NCBI GenBank assembly: GCA_963733375.1
Contig: CAVTDB010000026.1
Span: 352,001 to 416,000 of the forward strand
Source of the DNA: Nitrospirota bacterium
GTDB lineage: Bacteria; Nitrospirota; JACRHJ01
Direction: 5' to 3'
DNA: 64,000 nucleotides
This document shows, piece after piece, positions 1 through 11,953 of this stretch. The position numbers and the translations under genes are program-made. How positions within the stretch are numbered: the first letter of the stretch is position 1; every line of letters starts with the position of its first letter. The notes under the pieces are model-generated. The model made no database searches. It worked only from the letters and a program-made list of their open reading frames with translations, and was not told where the DNA came from.

Positions 1-317
1 GACTCCATCAGTTCGTGAGGATCGGCGCGCACAGCATGGTAGGCGCATGCTCCGCCGTCTCGCAGGACGTGCCGCCGTTTATGAACGCGACCGGCAACAG
101 GGCCACGCTGCGCGGCCTGAATATCATCGGCCTTTCGCGCAGAGGCTTTTCAAAAGAGACCATATCCGCGCTGAAGAAGGCGTATCAGATACTGTTTCGG
201 AGCGGCCTTACGGTAAAGGACGCCGTGGAGAAAGCCTCCGCCGGTTACGGTAATTTCCCGGAAGTGAAGACGCTCCTCGAATTCGTCGCCTCGTCCGAAC
301 GGGGCGTCTGCAGGTGA
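1..317 (+). CDS. lpxA: UDP-N-acetylglucosamine acyltransferase LpxA, 3' part (5' end outside window)
   Basis: Translation [13 protein letters not shown]...QDVPPF...[13 protein letters not shown]...RG is the LpxA C-terminal signature; lies upstream of lpxI/lpxB. Confidence 0.93.
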   Translation, partial: LHQFVRIGAHSMVGACSAVSQDVPPFMNATGNRATLRGLNIIGLSRRGFSKETISALKKAYQILFRSGLTVKDAVEKASAGYGNFPEVKTLLEFVASSERGVCR

Positions 318-1133
318 CGGCGGAGATGGAGAAGCTGGGCATAATCGCGGGGAACGGGAAGTTCCCCTTAATTTTGGCCGGTAACGCGAAGGCTGAAGGG
401 CTTTATGTCGTCGTCTGCGCGCTCTCGGAGGAGGCGGACACCGCTCATCGAAGAGCTGGCGGACAGCGTGCACTGGCTCTCGATAACACAGCTCGGGAAG
501 CTGATAAAGACTTTTCAGAAAGAGGGCGTCACCAAAGCCGTCATGGCCGGACAGGTAATCAAGCGCAGGATGTACACGTCGGACCTCTTGAAGCTCGACC
601 TGACCGCCGCAAGGCTCTGGGCGTCGCTCCCGGACAAGAAGGGTGAATCAATCCTGCGCGCCGTCGCCGACGAACTGGAAAAAAACGGCATCACGCTCCT
701 TGATTCCACTCTCTACATGAAGCCCTTCCTGGCGGAGCCCGGGGTGATGACGAAATCCAAGCCGACGAAGCATCAGGCCGCGGACGTCGAGTTCGGTCTT
801 CGGATGGCGAAGGTGGTCGCGGAGCACGACATCGGCCAGAGCGTCGCGGTGAAGGACTTATCCGTCGTCGCCGTCGAGGCCGTGGAAGGGACGGACAACT
901 GCATCAGGCGCGCGGGCGAACTGGGCAAAGACGGCATAGTCATAGTGAAGGTGAGCAAGAAGGACCACGACATGCGCTTCGACGTCCCGGTAGTCGGGAT
1001 GCGGACGCTTGAGGCGATGCGGGACAGCAAGGCGAGCGTACTGGCAATCGAGGCCGGGAAGACGCTGATGCTTGAGAAGCAGGAACTATTAGCCGGCGCG
1101 GATAAATCCGGCATCTGCATAATGGGAATATAG
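314..1133 (+). CDS. lpxI: UDP-2,3-diacylglucosamine diphosphatase LpxI (frameshift near 440)
   Basis: [12 protein letters not shown]-terminus (314 ORF) joined to [33 protein letters not shown] motifs (405 ORF). Confidence 0.9.
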
Positions 1134-2080
1134 TGGAAAAAATAAAAGTAGGCGTAGTCGGCGTGGGATACCTTGGCAGGCACCACGCGAGGATATATTC
1201 GGAACTTCCCCAGGCCGAGCTGGTCGGGGTCTGCGACGTGAACGCGGAGCAGGCAAAAGAAATTGCTAAGTCACGCGAAGACCGTCCCGTTCGCTTCCCA
1301 TGAGGAGCTGATAGGGAAGGTGCAGGCGGTATCTATCTCCGCGCCGACCGTCCACCACTACGGATTGCGAAAGATTTTCTTTCCGCCGGGGTGGACGTGC
1401 TCCTGGAGAAGCCCATGACCGTGACGGTGGAGGAGGCGGACGAGCTGGTAAATCTGGCCAGAGAAAAGAACTGCATACTTCAGGTCGGGCATCTCGAACG
1501 TTTCAATTCAGCCGTGACCAAGATGGTGGAGCTTACCACGACGCCGAAGTTCATCGAGTGCAACAGGCTGTCCCCGTTCCCGGACAGGTCGACGGACGTG
1601 GACGTGGTGCTCGACCTCATGATACACGACATAGACATCATACTCTCGTTAGTTGGCTCGCCCGTTAAATCCATCCATGCCGTCGGCATCCCCGTCATAT
1701 CGAAGAACGTCGATATAGCGAACGCCAGGATGGAATTCGAGTCCGGCTGCGTCGCCAACGTGACCTCCAGCAGGATATCGCTGAAGAAGGAACGCAAAAT
1801 CCGGCTCTTTCAGCCGGATACTTATATATCGCTCAACTATCAGGACCAGGAGATATACGCCTATCACCGCATCCCCAACAAGAAGGACCCGGAAGGGAAG
1901 CCCGATATTGTCGGGGGTAAAGTGAAGGTAAAAAAAGAGGAGCCCCTGAAGGCGGAGCTGGAGGCATTCCTCGAATGCGTAGCCTCGCGTACAAAACCGC
2001 TGGTATCGGGAGTGGAGGGCAGGGAGGCGCTGAAAGTCGCCATGCTCGTACAGGAAGAGATAAGGAGCCATACGGTCTAA
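1133..2080 (+). CDS. Gfo/Idh/MocA oxidoreductase, probable GnnA (UDP-GlcNAc 3-dehydrogenase); frameshifted in 5' part
   Basis: GTG at 1133 gives MEKIKVGVVGVGYLGRHHAR; EKP, QVGHLERFN and DLMIHDID motifs follow; located between lpxA/lpxI and lpxB. Confidence 0.8.
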
Positions 2081-2084
2081 GACT

Positions 2085-3212
2085 ATGAAAATACCGATGG
2101 TCGATTTAAAGGCCCAGTATATCTCGCTTAAAGACGAACTGGACGCAAAGCTGCAGGAGGTCCTGCTTGCGACGCAGTTCATCCTGGGGCCGAACGTGCA
2201 GGCGCTTGAAAAAGAGGTCGCGGAATATATCGGGACGAAGCACGCCGTCGCCTGCGCCTCCGGCACGGACGCCCTGCACCTGGCGCTCACTCGCCTCGGG
2301 GATAAAGGCCGGGGACGAGGTAATCACGACCCCGTTCACGTTCATCGCCACGGCGGAGGCTATATCTTACATAGGGGCGAAACCGGTATTCGCGGACATC
2401 GCTCCCGATACCTGGAACATAGACCCGGAAGAGATAAAGAAAAAAATTACCTCCCGGACGAAGGCGGTCATACCCGTGCACCTGTTCGGCCACCCGGCGG
2501 AGATGGGGAGCATCCTGGAAATCGCGAACGCCCACGGGCTGAAGGTGATAGAGGACTGCGCGCAGAGCTTCGGGGCCGGATACAAGTTCGTCAGGACCGG
2601 CTCTTTCGCGGATGCGGGCTGTTTTTCGTTTTTCCCCAGCAAGAACCTCGGCTGCTACGGCGACGGCGGGATGGTCACCACGGACAGCGACAATATTGCC
2701 GGAGAGCTTCGGGCGCTGCGGAACCACGGGAGCAAGACGCGGTACTACCATGACACGGTGGGATACAACAGCCGCCTGGACGAGATACAGGCCGCGATAC
2801 TCCGGGTGAAGCTCCCGAAGATAGACAGGTACAACAGCCTGCGCCGCGAGCGGGCCGCGCAGTATAATGAATTGCTTGCGACGCAGGACGGGATTGACCT
2901 CCCGGTCGAGAAAAACGGATATTATCACGTATACCACCAGTACACGATACTCGCGGACAGAAGAGACGAGATACTACGCACGCCCTGGCGGAAAAGGATA
3001 TCGCGTCCGCTATATATTATCCCGTCCCGCTCCACCTGCAGAAATCCTACAGCGGCCTGGGATATAAAGAAGGCGACTTCCCGGTCTCGGAAAACCTCTC
3101 AAAGCGCGTTCTGTCCCTGCCGATTTACCCGGAACTTAAACCGGCGGACGTCGATTTGATCTCAGAGACTATAAGGGCTACTCTTTCGTGTCCCGCGAAA
3201 AAAAGATCCTGA
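2085..3212 (+). CDS. DegT/DnrJ/EryC1/StrS PLP aminotransferase, probable GnnB; frameshifted
   Basis: IPMVDL, SGTDAL, IEDCAQSFG, FSFFPSKNLGCYGDGG, NSRLDEIQAA and LSLPIYPEL motifs spread over three frames. Confidence 0.85.
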
Positions 3213-4329
3213 TCATCGCCGGAGAGGCATCCGGCGACCTGCATGGCGGAAACCTAGCCAAGGCGCTCCTGGCCCTCAGGCCGGACCTTAGCATCTCCGG
3301 CATGGGCGGGAAGATGATGCGGGATGCGGGGGTAAATACCCTCCAGGATATATCGCGCCTTGCAGTCGTCGGGATATGGGAGGTGCTGACCCACCTCAAG
3401 GATATAAAGGCCGCGTTCAACCTCATGGAGGAGACGATAATCAGGGAGCGGCCAGACGCCCTCGTCCTGATAGACTACCCGGACTTCAACCTGCGGATGG
3501 CCAAAAAGGCCAGGGCCGCCGGGGTGAAGGTCGTTTATTATGTCAGCCCGCAGGTATGGGCGTGGCGCAAGGGGCGAGGATAAAAAACATAGCGAAAGTC
3601 GTGGATAGGATGCTCGTGGTCTTTCCTTTCGAGGAGGCGCTTTACCGGGAGGCGGGCGTGAAATGCTCTTTCGTGGGGCACCCGCTTCTGGATGAAGAGA
3701 CCGAGACCAGGCCGAAGGATGTGCTTGCACAAAAATTCGGCCTCGACCCGCAAAAGCCCATACTCGGAATCCTGCCCGGCAGCAGAAAAAAAGAGCTGCA
3801 CTTCCACCTGCCGGTGATGTTGAAGGCGTTTTCCCGGATAAAGGCTAAAATGCCGGATGTCCAGGCGGTAATACCGCTCGCGCCGACCCTTTCCCCCGAT
3901 GATTTCAGGGAGTACCTGGCAGGTTATGAAGACGTGCGGCTTATAAGCGACGACGCGCCGGGGGTGATGACGGTTATGGACGCCGCGATGGTAGCCTCCG
4001 GGACGGCGACTCTCCAGACCGCCCTCAAGGGAAAACCGATGGTGATAATCTATAAATTATCCCCGGTTACTTACTGGCTGGGGAAAATGCTTATATCGGT
4101 GCCGTTCATCGGGATGCCGAACCTTATCGCGGGACATGAGGCCGTGCCGGAGCTGATACAGGACGAGGCGAGCCCGGAGAGGATAAGTTCCTTGATTTTA
4201 AAGATGTTTTATGATAAAGCATATTACGGCGATATTGTCCGGAACCTGGCGTTAGTGAGCGAGAAGCTGGGTGGTCCGGGAGCCTCGGAAAGGGCGGCCC
4301 TGGAAGTGCTTGAAGAGGCCGGGATATAG
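3188..4329 (+). CDS. lpxB: lipid-A-disaccharide synthase LpxB (frameshift near 3575)
   Basis: AGEASGDLHG, IDYPDFN, YVSPQVWAWR, FVGHPL, LPGSR, SGTATL motifs. Confidence 0.95.
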
Positions 4330-4341
4330 ACTGGAGTATAG

Positions 4342-6097
4342 ATGAAACTGCTTGCAAGGCTTTGGCCTTATTTAAAAAAATATCTCAATGTGACAGCCCT
4401 CGCGGTTGTCTGCACGCTGATAGTATCCGGCACGAGCGGTGCGACCGCATGGCTGGTAAAGCCCGTCCTGGACGATATTTTCGTCAAGGCCGATACCACC
4501 AAACTTGCCCCGTTGTCGTTCGCGGTGTTCGGCGTATATCTGATAAAAAACGTTTTCACGTATTTCCAGTCCTACCTCACGCAGATACGCGTCATTCAAT
4601 ATAATAAGGGATATCCGTAACGACCTTTACACCCACATGGTCTATCTCCCGCTCAAGGAATATCAGGCGACCAATACCGGCAGAATGATTTCCCATGTCA
4701 TAAACGACGTGGGGGCCTTAAGCCGTCTGGCCGGAAGCCTGGTGAAGGACACGCTCCAGCAGTCGTTCACCATCGTGGGGCTGGTCGTTGTGATCTTCTG
4801 GAGGGACTGGAAGCTCGCAACTATCGCCATGATAATAATGCCGCTTATGGGATTTTTAATTTCCAAGTACGGCAAGAAGACGCGCAAGCTGAGCGGCAAG
4901 TCCCAGGAGTCCATCGCCGGAATCATGACTACCCTCCAGGAGAGCTTCACCGGCAGCAGGATTGTGAAGGCATTCACGATGGAGGACCGGGAAGACAAGA
5001 AGTTCATGGAGGAGCACGAGAGATTTACAAAACTCCAGATAAAGAACGCCAAAATAAACAGCCTGCTCTCCCCATCCCTGGATTTGCTGGGCGGGCTTAC
5101 CATGGCGATTATAATCTTTTACGGCGGCCACAAGGTAACCACTCATGCAATGACGCCCGGCGGGTTCTTTTCCTTTACGGCGGCGCTTTTTATGTTGTAC
5201 GGCCCGGTAAAAACGCTGGGCGGCCTGCATAACAACCTTCAGACGGCCGTATCCGCCACCGAGAGAATTTTCAAGGTATTCGATACCGCAAACGAGAGGG
5301 ATGCGATGTCCAGGGGCATTTCCGGCCCTGACGGGATAAAGGACAATATCCAGTACCGCGGAGTGAGCTTCAAGTACAACGAAAAAGAGGACTACGTCCT
5401 GAAGGATGTGGACCTTACCATAAAAAAGGGCGAGATAGTCGCGGTCGTAGGGGCGTCCGGCGGCGGAAAGACAACATTGGTAAACCTTCTCCCGCGCTTC
5501 TACGAGGTTCAGGAAGGCGCGATATTGATCGACGGCCAGGACACAAAGGGCTTTCAGTTAAAGACGCTCCGTCAGAACATCGCGGTAGTGACCCAGGATA
5601 CGATATTGTTCAACGACACCATCCGCAACAATATCGCCTACGGCAAGGAAGAGTTTACGCAGGAGATGGTCGCCGCTGCGGCGCGCGCCGCCCATGCGGA
5701 CATATTCATAGAAAAGTTCCCGAAAAAGTACAATACGATAATCGGCGAGAAGGGGTTCCGGCTCTCCGGCGGCGAGAAGCAGAGGATTTCGATTGCGCGC
5801 GCCATCTTGAAGAACAGCCCGATACTCATCCTGGACGAGGCCACATCGAGCCTCGATACCGAATCGGAGAGGATCGTCCAGCAGGCCCTTGAGAACCTCA
5901 TGAAGAACAGGACGACGCTTGTGATAGCCCACAGGCTCTCCACGATAATAAACGCGGACAAGATAGTCGTAATAAGCGGCGGCAGGATAACCGACATAGG
6001 AAAGCATTCCGAACTCCTGTCAACAAGCCGCATCTACAAGCGGCTGTACGATATGCAGTTCGGGAAGCTTACGGCTGAGAATGTCGAAACGCTCTGA
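4342..6097 (+). CDS. msbA: lipid A export ABC transporter MsbA (frameshift near 4590)
   Basis: Membrane domain plus NBD with GASGGGKTT, LSGGEKQR, ILDEATSSLD, IAHRLST; lies within the lipid A cluster. Confidence 0.88.
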
Positions 6098-6724
6098 TAA
6101 ATTACTGATATTCGCCGGCCCGCTTCTGGGCGCGGTCTTACTGAAGCTTTTAAGGCTCACGCTGCGCCTTAAGGTGATAAACCGTCCGCCGAAAGACACG
6201 CAGCTTATATTCTCCTTCTGGCACGGCAGGATACTCCTGATGCCTTTCATGAAGCTCGCCCGCCCGTCCTCCGTGATGGTCAGCAGGCACAAGGACGGGG
6301 AGCTTATAGCCAGGCTGGTAAAATATTTCGGCATTGCCTCATCGCGCGGCTCAACCACCCGCGGCGGCATCTCGGCGCTGAAGGAGCTGATAAAACTCGC
6401 CCGCGAAGGATTCAGCATCGCGTTCACACCCGACGGCCCCAGGGGCCCCAGGTACGTCGTCCAGCCGGGAGTAATCCAGGCGGCGAAGGCGACCGGCCTC
6501 CCGATATATCCCCTTACATATTCCGCACGCAAAAAAAAACTTTAAAATCCTGGGATAGCTTCATCATCCCTTATCCGTTCACACAGGCCGTCGCGATCTG
6601 GGGAGAGCCGCTATACGTCCCGCGCGACGCCGATAAGGATACGGCGGAAGCCCTCCGGGCCGAGTTGGAGAGGCGGATGCGCGAATTGAAGGACAAGGCG
6701 GATAACTGGTGGGGGCCCAAGTGA
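6081..6724 (+). CDS. DUF374 lysophospholipid acyltransferase family protein (LpxJ-like); frameshift in the A-run near 6535
   Basis: FWHGR, SRHKDGE, RGSTTRGG, FTPDGPRGP motifs; continues SWDSFIIPYPF in the next frame to TGA at 6722-6724. Confidence 0.85.
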
Positions 6725-8056
6725 TATTTTTCCTCTACGGAATCCTGCTCTACGTCTTCGCGCTTTTTTATTTCCCCTACATGCTCATCTCGCTCATGGC
6801 GAAGGGGAAAAAGAGGGCGGGGATAGGCCAGCGGTTCGGCTTTTTCAAGACGGGTTTTTTTAACCAGAAAAAAGGAAAGCGCGTCTGGTTCCACGCGGTG
6901 TCCGTCGGCGAGACGGTTGCGGCGGCCCCGCTCGTCATCCGGCTTAAGCAAGCATACCCGGATACGGAGATTTATTTCTCCACCGTCACCGAGACCGGCA
7001 ATAATATCGCGCATGAGAAGCTTGGGGACGTCGCTAAAATTTTTTTCTTTCCCTTCGATTTCGCCAGTCGTCGTCCGGCGCGTAATCGGGCAGATGTCTC
7101 CGGACTTGTTCGTGGTGGTGGAGACGGAGATATGGCCGAACCTGCTCCATGCACTGCACGATAAAAAAATCCCGTCACTCATCGTCAACGGCCGCATCTC
7201 GCCCCGCTCGTTTAAAGGGTACAGCAGGTTCGGGTTCTTCTTCCGGCGCGTGCTCCCGCTGGTCAGCCGCTTCCTGATGCAGAGCGAGATGGACGCCGAG
7301 CGGATAATCCAGCTTGGCGCGCCGCCGGAGAGGGTATCCGTCGCTGGCAATATCAAGTTCGACCAGGCGATAGTCGCTGGCAAGCCCGCCGCGACACGGG
7401 CGGCACTTGGCATCCCCGAGGGCGCGAAGGTATTCATCGCCGGGAGCACCCACCAGGGCGAAGAGGACGAGGCGCTTAAGGCATATAAAAAACTGCTTAT
7501 GGATTTTCCGGACATGGTGATGGTTCTGGCCCCCAGGCACCCGGAGCGTTTCGCGGCGGCGGAGGAGTCGGTAAAGCGGGCGGGATTTCGTGCAGGAGGA
7601 AAGCACCCTCACCCCCGGCCCCTCTCCCAGTGGCGGGCGAGGGGAGGCAAGCTTCACACCTCTCCCCTGGTGGGAGAGGGCAGGGAGAGGGGGATAGTCC
7701 TGCTCCTCGACACTATGGGCGAACTGGCCGGGACATATGCCGTGGGCGATATAAACTTCGTCGGCGGAAGTTGGGCCGAGGTCGGCGGGCACAATATCCT
7801 GGAACCCGCCTCCTTCGGCAAGCCCGTCTTCTTCGGCCCGGTGATGCACAATTTCCGAGACATCAGCCGGATACTCAAGGACTGCGGCGCGGGCATAGAA
7901 GTCCAGGATGGCGAAGAACTCGCAACCGAGGCGGCAAAGCTCCTGCGCGACCCCGCAAGATATGCGGCCTTAGGCAAGGCCGCGCTGGAAGCTATAGAGA
8001 AAAACAAAGGCGCGCTGGCGAAGGATTTGAGGGCGGTGGAGGAGTTATTGAGTTAA
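6721..8056 (+). CDS. waaA: Kdo transferase WaaA (frameshift near 7062; contains an inserted palindromic repeat)
   Basis: WFHAVSVGE, ETEIWPN, NGRIS, GNIKFD, AGSTH, APRHPERF, DTMGEL, GGHNILEPA motifs. Confidence 0.95.
7606..7693. repeat. Inverted doublet of GC-rich palindromic repeats (REP/REPIN-like) inside waaA
   Basis: CCCTCACCCCCGGCCCCTCTCCCAGTGGCGGGCGAGGGGA followed by CCTCTCCCCTGGTGGGAGAGGGCAGGGAGAGGGG. Each unit has its own hairpin and the second is an inverted homolog of the first. Confidence 0.75.
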
Positions 8057-8105
8057 TTAAGAAAAAAGGAGTCATTACAAATTTTATTTACACGAGGTTT
8101 TAAAA

Positions 8106-8900
8106 ATGGAAGAAAACGAGATTAAAGAATTAATCGCTAAAAAAATTACTGAGTCCAAACTTGAAGTCTCGGAAAAAAGACTTCATTTTGTAATGTGGTT
8201 AGGCGGTGCGATAATAGCCGTCTTTGGAGTTATCATTCCCCTGTGGCAGTCAAATCATGCTTCCGAAAGAGTAGATGCTGCTTTAGATAGAATGAAATTA
8301 GAGAATCGTCAAGCGTTACAGGATTTTCGTGATGATTCTCGTGCGGACAGAGAATCATTGGATAAGGCTACACTATCTATTCGGGAAGAAGTTAGTAAAC
8401 AGATGGATAGTCAAACATCTCAAATTAGTAATACTGGTGTCAGAGTTGACAATGCCATCCAAGATATGCATAAACAATTCAAAGAATTAGCTGGTGCTCA
8501 GAGCAGGAAACCAATTCTGGAATGTTTTACAAACGGAGCAAGTCTTGAAGGTGCAGTACTAAGGTGGTCATTAACCAATCAAAATAAATTTAGGATAAAT
8601 ATAAAAAATACCGGGGATGCCCCCGCAAACAATGTAATGATACGTATATATTCAAATATACCTGGTAATTATTACCTCAATGGCTGGTCCCAAATCGCTG
8701 TCCCAGACGAGCCAACGTATACTCAAGCGTTTGACAGTGATTATCGAGCATTTTCTTTAGATCCAAAAGAATCTCAGATATTAGATTTAGATATTGGGGG
8801 CGATTTAAAGAGCGGCAATTATCCTGCGCTCATAAAAATATTTTACGGGCAACCCGAACCGATGAAATATTCATTTACAATTAACATCAGCGATAAATGA
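8106..8900 (+). CDS. hypothetical single-pass membrane protein (TM helix, coiled coil, C-terminal beta-rich Ig-like domain); AT-rich insert
   Basis: Intact 264-aa ORF with GAGG RBS and a hydrophobic segment at about aa 28-47; its stop overlaps the lpxK start (ATGA at 8897-8900). Confidence 0.8.
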   Translation: MEENEIKELIAKKITESKLEVSEKRLHFVMWLGGAIIAVFGVIIPLWQSNHASERVDAALDRMKLENRQALQDFRDDSRADRESLDKATLSIREEVSKQMDSQTSQISNTGVRVDNAIQDMHKQFKELAGAQSRKPILECFTNGASLEGAVLRWSLTNQNKFRINIKNTGDAPANNVMIRIYSNIPGNYYLNGWSQIAVPDEPTYTQAFDSDYRAFSLDPKESQILDLDIGGDLKSGNYPALIKIFYGQPEPMKYSFTINISDK

Positions 8901-9995
8901 ACCTCTCTCCTAACCTCCTCGCATCCCTGAAAGGCGAAGCCCCGACTGCCACCGTGGCTATACCTTCTATATCCCGCGAGCGTAATCTACGGCATGGGCG
9001 CGGGGCTGAAGGCGGGGCTGTACACAAGCGGGATAATTAAGCCGAAGCGACTGCCGTGCAAGGTCATAAGCGTCGGCAACATCACCGCCGGGGGGACGGG
9101 CAAGACGCCGATGGTCATAAACATCGTGCGGAGGCTGGAGGGAAAAGGAATCAGGACGGCGGTCCTGACGCGCGGATACAAGGGCATGTCCGAGGGCAAG
9201 GTGCGGGTGGTATCGGACGGCCTGGGGAACATCCTGCCGCCCGGTGAGGCGGGGGACGAGCCGGTGCTTATGGCCGCAGCCTGCCGGGCGTGCCGGTGGT
9301 GATGGGGAGCGACAGGTACGATGCGGGAAAGCTGGCCTGGGAGCGCTTCCACCCGCAGGCGATGGTCCTCGACGACGGCTTCCAGCACGTCCGGCTGCAC
9401 CGGGACCTCAACATACTCCTGATGGATGCGGCGCACCCGTTCGGGAACGGCCATACCATCCCGACGGGATATCTCCGCGAGCCAAAAAGCGGGGTGAAAA
9501 GGGCGGATTTCATCATTTTTACGGGGTCCGGCAACGTGCATCCGGATGCGGAAAAAGAGGTTAAATCATTCGCCATATCAGGCACTTCAATGGCTAATGC
9601 AGGATATTTCCCAGTAAGCTTTTACAATATAAAATCACGCGAGGAAATACCCGCCGAAACTCTTCGCCGCAAAGAGGATATTCGCCTTCTGCGGGATCGC
9701 CAATCCGGGGTCTTTTTCATTGATTTTACATAAACTTAATGCTAAAATCACCGGGTCGGAGGAGTTCCCGGACCACCATTCCTATTCTTTGGAAGACGTG
9801 GCTTTTCTACAGGGAAAAGCGGCCGAATCCGGCGCGGAAGTGCTTGTAACTACTGAGAAAGACGCCGTGAAGCTCGAAGGGCTCGCCCAGGCGGGGACAC
9901 AAATTTACGCATTAAAGGCCGGCCTGGAAATTTATAACGGCTCGGAATTACTGGATATTTCGTTGAACCGGGTCTTCGAAGGTCAGGATGGGTAA
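8897..9995 (+). CDS. lpxK: tetraacyldisaccharide 4'-kinase LpxK (several frameshifts)
   Basis: [50 protein letters not shown] motifs. Confidence 0.93.
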
Positions 9996-10930
9996 GAAAA
10001 AAAACAAAGGAAACAAGAAGTTAGCGTGGCTTTTCGAGTACTGGTTAACCGTGGCCGTGGGCGGGGTTATAAACCTTCTTCCGTACTCGCTGGCATACAG
10101 GATGGGCGGGATTCTCGGTTCGGCCGTATTCAAAATTGATAAACGACATCAAACTGTTACGCTGGATAACTTAAGAAACAGCTTTAAGGATAAGAGCGAG
10201 GAAGAGATCCACGAAATTGCAAGGTCGGTTTTTCAAAATTTCGGCAAATCCGCAATCGAGTTCATAAGGTCGGAGAGATTTTTCAAAGACGGCATCGAGA
10301 AAAATTTCAGGATAATCAACATCGAAGCCTACGACCGGGCGCTCTCGAAAGGCAAGGGCTTGCTGCTTTTGACTGGCCACTGCGGAAGCTGGGAGCTTCT
10401 GGCCCTTGCGCAGTCGGTAAGGAAGCCGCCGTTCGGCGTGGTCGCGCGTCCGATGGACAACCCGTACATGGAAGAACTGGTCACAAAAATCCGCACCCGC
10501 TACGGGAACTTCATGATCGGTAAAAAATGGGGTCTACGGGAGATACTGAAAACGGTGTCCGAGGGCGGGACCGTGGGGATACTCCTCGACCAGAACGTGG
10601 CCCGCAAGGAAGGCGTTTTCGTGGACTTTTTCGGCAGGCCGGCCTGCACGAACAAAGGCCTGGCGTTAATAGCCGCGCGGACCAAGGCCCCGGTAATTAC
10701 CGCTTTTATAAGGCGGGTTGAACAGCGGGCTGCACGAGATACATATTGGAGATGAGTTGCCTCTTCTGGATACCGGCGACAAAGAGGCGGACATAATCGC
10801 GAATACGCAGGCATACACGAAGGCCATCGAAAATTTCATAAGGCAATATCCGGACCAGTGGTTCTGGGTGCACAGGCGGTGGAAGACGAGGCCCTTGGAG
10901 GCGCCGGCGGAGTATCCCGACAATGCGTGA
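9988..10930 (+). CDS. lpxL: lipid A late acyltransferase, LpxL/HtrB family (frameshift near 10720)
   Basis: GHCGSWEL, LLDQN, VDFFG, PDQWFWVHRRWKT motifs. Confidence 0.88.
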
Positions 10931-11948
10931 AAAGGTCCTCGTCCGAGCGACGAACTGGGTGGGCGACTTGGTCATGGCTACCCCGGCCCTGGCGGGTATA
11001 CGGAAAAGCTATCCGGAGGCCGAGATTACGGCTCTCGTGCGCCCTCCGCTGGATTTACTGCTTTTGGGAAACCCGGCGGTTGACCACGTCCTGCGGCTCG
11101 ACCGTAAGGGGAAGCACTCCGGCCCGCGCGGCTTGGCCAGCGCCGTCATGGAGATCAGGAAGCAAAAATTCAAGACCGCCATCCTCCTTCAAAATGCGTT
11201 CGAGGCGGCGCTTATCACGTTTATCGCCAATATCCCCGAGCGGATGGGGTACCGGACGGACGGCAGGGGAATACTCCTTACGAAGGGCGTAAAGGTATCG
11301 GCCGAGACGAAGAAAAAACATCAGGTTTTTTATTATCTCGACCTGCTCGAAAAACTGGGACTGAAAACAGCCGGTCACTATCCGAAACTTTACCTGTCGA
11401 AGGATGAGATAAATTCGGCACGGGAGCTTTTAAACTCACTCGATATAAAAAGAGGAGACACCGTAGTCGGCATAAACCCCGGTGCGCAGTACGGTGTCGC
11501 CAAAAAATGGCGCCCGGAGCGGTTCGGGCAGGTCGCCGATAAGCTGGCGAAGCATGCGGGCGCTAAAATAATCATCTTCGGCGGGCCAGCGGAACTGGAT
11601 ACCGCGAATGCGGTCCAGTCCTCGATGCGCGGGGGGGCGGTGAACCTTGCCGGGAAGACGGACCTCCGGGGTCTGATGGCGCTCATTAAAGCCTGCTCGC
11701 TGTTCATCACGAACGATACCGGACCGATGCATATCGCGTCGGCGCTGGACGTCCCGACGCTTGCGATATTCGGTTCGACGGACCCTGTGGCGACCGGGCC
11801 ATTGAATAAAAAATTCGCGGTCGTCCGGGAGCCGGTAACATGCAGCCCATGCTTTAAGAGGACCTGCCCGCATAAGCACTACAATTGCCTTGAGCGTGTG
11901 AGCGCGGCAAAGGTCCTGAAGACGGCGGAAGAGATGCTCGGCCTGTGA
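10923..11948 (+). CDS. waaF: lipopolysaccharide heptosyltransferase II (GT9)
   Basis: NWVGDLVM, NPGAQYGVAKKW, TNDTGPMHIA, CSPCFKRTCP motifs. Confidence 0.9.
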   Translation: MREKVLVRATNWVGDLVMATPALAGIRKSYPEAEITALVRPPLDLLLLGNPAVDHVLRLDRKGKHSGPRGLASAVMEIRKQKFKTAILLQNAFEAALITFIANIPERMGYRTDGRGILLTKGVKVSAETKKKHQVFYYLDLLEKLGLKTAGHYPKLYLSKDEINSARELLNSLDIKRGDTVVGINPGAQYGVAKKWRPERFGQVADKLAKHAGAKIIIFGGPAELDTANAVQSSMRGGAVNLAGKTDLRGLMALIKACSLFITNDTGPMHIASALDVPTLAIFGSTDPVATGPLNKKFAVVREPVTCSPCFKRTCPHKHYNCLERVSAAKVLKTAEEMLGL

Positions 11949-11953
11949 ATGGC

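Noticed and set aside
8901-8920. CCTCTCTCCTAACCTCCTC as a third copy of the waaA repeat
   Set aside because: Too short, has no complementary arm, and is explained as the lpxK N-terminal coding sequence.
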